From Dehalococcoidia bacterium (GTDB lineage Bacteria; Chloroflexota; Dehalococcoidia; Lucifugimonadales; CATOSD01), in assembly GCA_034421955.1 (NCBI GenBank), contig DAOUJZ010000044.1:2310-66309 (forward strand): a stretch of DNA of 64,000 nt, in the 5' to 3' direction. Shown here piece after piece: positions 59,403-64,000 of the stretch. The translations under genes and the position numbers were made by a program. A model generated the notes under the pieces. That model saw only the letters and a program-made list of their open reading frames with translations. It did no database searches and was not told the DNA's origin. How positions within the stretch are numbered: the stretch's first letter is position 1; the number at the start of each line of letters is the position of its first letter.

Positions 59403-59469
59403 GTTCCGCTTACTTTGGGGGCTTTCTCGCCCAATGCTGTTCCTGCTGAACCCCGTAAGTGAACGGAAC
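59403..59469 (-). repeat. Leader inverted-repeat element, copy B
   Basis: GTTCCGCTTACTTTGGGGG-ctttctcgcccaatgctgttcctgctga-ACCCCGTAAGTGAACGGAAC (plus-strand text). Confidence 0.65.
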
Positions 59470-59545
59470 CTCTTCTGTATGTCGCTCAGCTTTTTCAGAG
59501 CGGCCTCTTTCTTCGAGAGACTTCTGAACGACTCTGGGCAGGCCT

Positions 59546-59815
59546 TCAGCGTCTTGGCTGGCGTCGAGGGCCTGTTCTTTTAGCCATCCGCTCAATCGCT
59601 GCCGAAACAACGGAATCACCACGAAGCTGCTGAAGCAGTCGTGCGGCAAAGTGTGAGTCGTGGCCCGGCGTAAAGAAGCCTGCTCTCGTTAGCGCGCCGC
59701 ATCCACAATGGCATCTGCCAGTCGGATACCTGTCCCGGTGTCGGCTAAACTCTTCAATCACGCCGCTTGGCTCAGAACTGGACCTATACACACAGCCCTC
59801 CCTTACAGTCCGCAA
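59546..59815 (-). CDS. Small zinc-binding-like protein (CxCGCG...PGHD motif)
   Basis: 89 aa. GRCHCGCGALTRAGFFTPGHDSHFAARLL is a motif I recall from small actinobacterial or phage-borne proteins. Confidence 0.4.
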   Translation of the reverse strand: MRTVREGCVYRSSSEPSGVIEEFSRHRDRYPTGRCHCGCGALTRAGFFTPGHDSHFAARLLQQLRGDSVVSAAIERMAKRTGPRRQPRR

Positions 59816-60083
59816 TAGTAGCAGGCCGCCCCGGAGGGCCCTACTTCCACGTAGCTAAAGAGTGTTGACATCGATTTTCACGCGCGGGCCGGACTGAGAA
59901 TCGCCCGCATCCCAGCCTAACTGCTGGTCGCGGGCACTGACAGCGAACGGCGGACATCCGTTGCCTGCTGGACATGCAACCTGCGCCACCGCTGGCGGCA
60001 CGTAGCGCAAGAGTATGAGCCAGCCTCACTATTGTGCAACTTCGCATTATTCTGTTCTTCTCCGCCTCCCGGGACCGGCGCGG

Positions 60084-61058
60084 CTAGCGCGCGCGCCCGC
60101 GCCTGATCCGGATAGCAATGCCGACGCCGACCGCCGTCGCCACTAGCAGTACGATCACGATTACGAGCCACGCCGGCGGGCCTGCCTGGTCGCGCGGTTC
60201 CATCGCTGGCGCGGCGGTCGCCGTCGGCTCCGGCGCGGGCGTCGCCGTCTCGGGCGCGGCGGTGGGCGCGGGCGCGGCGGGCTCGGCGGCGGGTACGACC
60301 GCGGGCGTGAACGTGGCGGTTGGCGCGGGCGAGGGCGTGGCCGTCACCGGCGCGGGCGTGGCCGTCGCGCGGGTGGGCGTGGCCGTCGCGGGCGCGGCTG
60401 TCGGCTCCGGTTCAGCTGTCGCGGGGGCGCTCGTCGGTTCCGTCGCGGGCGCGGACGTCGGCTCGGGCGCGTGTGTGGCCGTCGCGGGCGCGGACGTCGG
60501 TTCCGCCGTCGCTGTCGGCGTGGGCGTGGCTGTCGGCTCGGGCGCCGGCGTGGGCGTCGCGGGGACGGGCGTAGGCGTCGGCTCGGGCGTGGGTGTCGGC
60601 GTGGCCGGGAGCGCGACCGTGATCCGGGTGTCGCCCGCGACCGCCCGCTCGTCCCTGTCCTGGTCCTTTATCATGCCGGAGAAGACGTAGGAGCCCTCCG
60701 TCTCCGGGGCGGCGACGGTATAGACGACGCTCTCCACGGCGCCGATGAGGATGAAGGAGACGGTTTGGCCGTCGGCATCCACCGCGCGCTCGTCAACGCT
60801 GGAGCTTTGGTAGACGAACCCGTCGGGGAGCGTCTCCACAAGCTGGGCGAACGCGCCGTATTGCGCCAGGGCGACGGTGACCTCGACGACCTCGCCGGGC
60901 GCGGCGCGGGGAACGGAGAAGGACCGTTCGGCGGTGTGCGACGACGCCAGAGCGTCGGGATGAGTAAACAACGACAGGAGCGTCGCCAGGGCCGCGGCAG
61001 CGATGAGCAGCGCCGAGCGTCCCGCCTTGCTCAGGTTCCTAGTTTTCATGGTCTTCAT
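60084..61058 (-). CDS. Secreted, C-terminally anchored surface protein with PT/AP-rich linker
   Basis: 324 aa. It has a signal peptide, a beta-rich domain of about 120 aa, a long (A/P/T/E)-rich low-complexity linker, and a C-terminal TM helix plus RIRRGRAR. Confidence 0.65.
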   Translation of the reverse strand: MKTMKTRNLSKAGRSALLIAAAALATLLSLFTHPDALASSHTAERSFSVPRAAPGEVVEVTVALAQYGAFAQLVETLPDGFVYQSSSVDERAVDADGQTVSFILIGAVESVVYTVAAPETEGSYVFSGMIKDQDRDERAVAGDTRITVALPATPTPTPEPTPTPVPATPTPAPEPTATPTPTATAEPTSAPATATHAPEPTSAPATEPTSAPATAEPEPTAAPATATPTRATATPAPVTATPSPAPTATFTPAVVPAAEPAAPAPTAAPETATPAPEPTATAAPAMEPRDQAGPPAWLVIVIVLLVATAVGVGIAIRIRRGRAR

Positions 61059-61077
61059 GCTGTCTCTCTCGAATTCG

Positions 61078-64000
61078 TCAGTTGGTGAAATAGACCCTGG
61101 CGATGTCCAGCATCTCTTCCAGCGTCAGCCGGCCGCCGAAGTAGTCGCGCAGCGCCGACATGACCTCGCCCAGGTCCAGTTTCTCGTCGCCGTTGGCGTC
61201 GTAGCCGCCCGCCTTGCCGGGCAGTTGGACGTCGGTGACGTTGACGGTCACGGCCAGTTGGCGGCTCTCGCCGGAGCCGTCGGCGTCGCTCGCCGTCACG
61301 ACGAGGACGTAGGTCCTGCGCCCTTCCTCGTAGTCGAACGCGGCGCCCGTGCCGACGGTGATCTGGCCGGTGCTTTCGTCTATGGAGAACTTGGCGTCCT
61401 GGCCGCCGAGGCTGTACGTCAGCGCGTCGCCCTCGGGGTCCGTCGCCGTGACGGGGTCGCCAACGGCGTCGCCCCCGGTCGCGTTTTCGGGCACGGAGCG
61501 GGTCACGGGCGGCCGCTCGTCGAACCGGGGAGGCTGGTTGACGACGGCCGCGGCGCCGCCGCCTCCGCCAGCGCCGCCTCCGACTCCAGTGCCGCCTCCG
61601 CCGCCGCCCGGGCCGCCGCCGCCGACCGTGGGCGGGCCGACGTCGCCGCCCGTGGTGGGCGTGCCGCCGCCGGGGCTGCTCACCGTGACGATCACCTTTC
61701 GATACTGGCCGTCGTACACGGAGTCCGAGCTGGCCGCGTTGTGATTGATCCGCGTGGTGCCCGGTGCGACGCCCCGCACCGTGACTCGCTGCGGAGCCTC
61801 CCAGTTCTGCGGCGTGAACGTCAGCGGCGACGGCGTGACCGTGGCCCTGCTCGGGTGCGCGCTGGACAGCGTCACCATCACGTCCGCGGTGGGCGCCACG
61901 GTCAGCCGGATGGTGTAGCGGGTCGTCGACCCCGGCCGCACGGTCACGGTCGCCTGGCGGCTGATGCCCAGCTCGGCCTCGCCCCTGCTATCCGGCGGCC
62001 CGTCGCCGTCGCCGGTGGGCGTTGTGGGCGTGGTGGGCCTGGGCGGAGGCGGGTCGGTCGGGTTCGACGTGGGCGCGTTAACCCTCACGTTCAGGGTCTC
62101 GGCAGCGTTGTTGTACGCGCCGTCCGTGCTCGCCGCCGTGTGCGTGATCCGCGTGCTGCCGCGCGCCACGGCCCGCACCGTGACCTGCTGCGGCGCCTGC
62201 CAGTTCTGCGGGGTGAACGTGAGCGATTCCGGCGACACCGTCGCCTTGGACTCGTCCTCGCTCTGGAGCGCGACCGTCACTGCCGCGCTGGGGCGCGTGG
62301 TCAGCCGCACGGTGTAGTTGGCGGACGTGCCCTGCTGCGAACCCGCGCCCTCGGCCACCGTCACGATGCTCTCGCTCAGCAACAGCCCCGGCGTGTCTAT
62401 GTCGGAGATGCCGATCTCGAAGTTGAACAGGTTCTGCGAGAACGTGACCGTGAGGCTCGGATTCGTCGTCGCCGTGAACCGCAGGGTCTTCGACCCGTCC
62501 ACGGTCTGGTCCGTGGGCAGCCGGATGACGGCCGTGGCCGTGGTCTCCCCCGCCGGGATGACGAACGGCGCCGGGAAGGTGTAGTCGCTTGGCTGCGCCG
62601 GGTCCGATGCCGTCGAGTGTGGGGTTGCGCTGGTGGTGTCCAGCACCAGCGTCACCGTCACCCCGCCCTGGTCCGCCGGGACGTCCAGCGTCGCCCGCAC
62701 CGTCACCGTCTGCCCCTCCCGGACGTTGGCGGTCGATTGAGCCAGAGGGTGGTTGGGGTTGTCCAGCCGCACCGACGTCGGAACGTCCTCGCTGTCGATG
62801 GTGATGACGGCCTGCAGGTTGCCCGCCGGCTTGCGCTGGAACAGGTCCTCCACGTCCCGCGCCGGCGTCCGCGCAGGGGCGAAGCCCAGCCGGATGGTCT
62901 CGTCCGGCTCGCCGAGCGCGTCGTCGCAGATGGTTATGGCGAGGTCCTCGGTGGTCGCGCCCACGGGGATGGTGACCGTCTTGTTGGCGATGTGGAAGTC
63001 CCCCTGCCCGTTCGTGCAGGCCGTTGCGGAACTCGCCTCGCGCGCGGTGCTGTCCGGCAGCGCCCGCACGGTGAACGCCAGCGGCTCGGCCGCGGCGCCG
63101 CTTACGATCACCGGCACGGTCAGCGTCCCGCCGGTGACGTCCTCTATCACCGTGGCTTGGTAGACGTTGGTCCGCGCGGCGTTGTTGCCGAAGGCGATTG
63201 TCGCCTCGCCGCCGTCGTCGTCGGTGTAGGAGATCGTCACGCTGCCCTTGCCGCTCCTGGCGGTCCACGACTGCCGCGAGGCCCTGACTTCGATCCGCTT
63301 CACGCCCACGGTCGGCGCGTCGTCGTCCGGCAGCGTGACCGACGCGTCCGCGCGGCGCTTGCCCTCCGGCACCGTCACCGTCACGCCCCGCTCGTCGTCG
63401 ACGATGGTGACGGTCAGGCCCGTCCCCGTCAGGGTGGGGCCGGTCGACGCCACCGTCAGCACGATGGTCTCGTTGTCCGGGTCGTCGTCCTGTCGAGTGG
63501 TGAGCGTAACCCACCCGGAGGTCTTGCCCGCCGCGATGCTGATGGTCGTCGGCAGCGTGTAGTCCGTCGTCTCCGCCGTGGAGGACATGTCCACCGTCAG
63601 CGTCACCGTGGTGCCCGATACCGACGCCTGGTTCAGCGTGGCGATGACCAGCAGGCTGCCGCCCTCGTTGACCCTGTTCATGGGGGCGTTGGTTGAAAGA
63701 GCCAGACCCCCGGGGGTGACGGCCGCCGTCGCCACCGTCACGTCCACCGAGCCGACCGTCGCGCCCTCGTAGCTCGTGTCGGCGCTGGTGGCGGTGTGGG
63801 TGATCATGGCCGTGCCCGTGGCGACGCCTGTCACGGTGAACTCCTGCGGGGTCGCCCAGTTCGACGTGGTGAACGTCCGCGACGCCGTCACGGTCGCGTT
63901 GGATGCGGTGCCGCTGTTGGCCGCGATGGTGACGTTCGCCGTCGGCTGCGAGTTCAGCCGCACGGTGTACGTCGACGTATTCCCGGCGCCGCTCGCCGTC
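61078..64000 (-). CDS. Giant adhesin-like protein (Ig-like/Calx-beta-like repeats, cadherin-like domain, C-terminal dockerin/EF-hand-like motif); N-terminus outside window
   Basis: The frame stays open to the window edge (TASGAGNTSTYTV precedes the listed GTG). It has repeats of the type YTVRLTxxPxAxVTVxL...ATVxPxSLTFTPQNWxAPQxVTVRxVAxG. A Gly-rich linker follows, then NQPPRF...VTATDPEGDALTYSL...FDYE (cadherin-like), and the protein ends in DANGDEKLDLGEV. Confidence 0.75.
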   Translation of the reverse strand, partial: TASGAGNTSTYTVRLNSQPTANVTIAANSGTASNATVTASRTFTTSNWATPQEFTVTGVATGTAMITHTATSADTSYEGATVGSVDVTVATAAVTPGGLALSTNAPMNRVNEGGSLLVIATLNQASVSGTTVTLTVDMSSTAETTDYTLPTTISIAAGKTSGWVTLTTRQDDDPDNETIVLTVASTGPTLTGTGLTVTIVDDERGVTVTVPEGKRRADASVTLPDDDAPTVGVKRIEVRASRQSWTARSGKGSVTISYTDDDGGEATIAFGNNAARTNVYQATVIEDVTGGTLTVPVIVSGAAAEPLAFTVRALPDSTAREASSATACTNGQGDFHIANKTVTIPVGATTEDLAITICDDALGEPDETIRLGFAPARTPARDVEDLFQRKPAGNLQAVITIDSEDVPTSVRLDNPNHPLAQSTANVREGQTVTVRATLDVPADQGGVTVTLVLDTTSATPHSTASDPAQPSDYTFPAPFVIPAGETTATAVIRLPTDQTVDGSKTLRFTATTNPSLTVTFSQNLFNFEIGISDIDTPGLLLSESIVTVAEGAGSQQGTSANYTVRLTTRPSAAVTVALQSEDESKATVSPESLTFTPQNWQAPQQVTVRAVARGSTRITHTAASTDGAYNNAAETLNVRVNAPTSNPTDPPPPRPTTPTTPTGDGDGPPDSRGEAELGISRQATVTVRPGSTTRYTIRLTVAPTADVMVTLSSAHPSRATVTPSPLTFTPQNWEAPQRVTVRGVAPGTTRINHNAASSDSVYDGQYRKVIVTVSSPGGGTPTTGGDVGPPTVGGGGPGGGGGGTGVGGGAGGGGGAAAVVNQPPRFDERPPVTRSVPENATGGDAVGDPVTATDPEGDALTYSLGGQDAKFSIDESTGQITVGTGAAFDYEEGRRTYVLVVTASDADGSGESRQLAVTVNVTDVQLPGKAGGYDANGDEKLDLGEVMSALRDYFGGRLTLEEMLDIARVYFTN

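Noticed and set aside
55544-59469. Integron attC sites / gene-cassette array as an explanation for the 66-nt inverted-repeat elements.
   Set aside because: I could not find a matched RYYYAAC...GTTRRRY pair (only a lone GTTGGGT in the spacer). The copies are in mixed orientation. The conserved unit includes a gene and its RBS rather than following a cassette ORF. The only integrase is a phage-type N-terminal fragment, not IntI-like.
59850-59890. TTGACA ... TGAGAAT as a promoter upstream of 59546..59815 or in the 59.8-60.08 kb gap.
   Set aside because: It is on the wrong strand for the adjacent minus-strand genes, and the spacer is about 24 nt, too long for a sigma-70-type promoter.
54240-60083. 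A direct repeat of the tRNA-Glu 3' end that would mark attR of the ICE or of an older tandem island.
   Set aside because: Scanning by eye found no second copy of GGTTCGAATCCCCTATGCGCTACCA or a long part of it. This is also not expected for a serine recombinase. The only other ggttcgaat (about 14805) has no tRNA-like context. The right boundary is therefore left approximate.

Overview
High-GC bacterial chromosomal window (visibly GC-rich; not computed). The gene content (family-III CoA-transferases, luciferase-like/F420-type oxidoreductases, PT-rich linkers, REP-like hairpins) fits a Chloroflexota-like, possibly SAR202-type, host, but that is a low-confidence inference. There are four parts. 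(1) 1-18.9 kb is a core metabolic region, mostly on the minus strand. It holds an M19 dipeptidase-like gene, an FAD oxidoreductase, tRNA-Pro and sulfate adenylyltransferase. Two CoA-transferases are interleaved with three PaREP1/HEPN-like paralogs. A peptide-type ABC importer follows (two permeases plus a binding protein with a tandem 19-aa repeat N-domain), then an alpha/beta hydrolase. Next is a DUF3179 lipoprotein whose CxxC cysteine codon is an in-frame TGA followed by a SECIS-like hairpin, making it a candidate selenoprotein. Two LLM oxidoreductases flank a small AT-richer islet of decayed genes, followed by tRNA-Gln and tRNA-Glu. (2) About 18.9-54.6 kb is an integrative conjugative element abutting tRNA-Glu. 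It carries a large serine recombinase, an RHH protein, an XRE/ImmA-like switch and three tandem HTH paralogs. Its transfer genes are a replication-relaxation protein, a coupling ATPase, VirB4-like, PrgI/VirB3-like, VirB6-like and two VirB2-like genes. A long plus-strand operon encodes primase, a Rad52-like annealing protein, a Cas4-like nuclease, SSB, RadC, an NPPY methylase, an SNF2 helicase, a PRTRC (ubiquitin-like/E1-like/JAB) cassette and two DUF2958 copies. (3) 54.6-60 kb is a mosaic of truncated genes (lipoprotein, LUD-domain tail, tyrosine integrase head). It also contains a repeated module of about 390 nt, in which a conserved hairpin leader and an 87-91 aa acidic protein are coupled to a variable wHTH-like partner. 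(4) 60-64 kb encodes secreted or anchored surface proteins, including a giant cadherin/Calx-like adhesin that runs off the window. All family names come from motif recognition by eye; no database search was possible.
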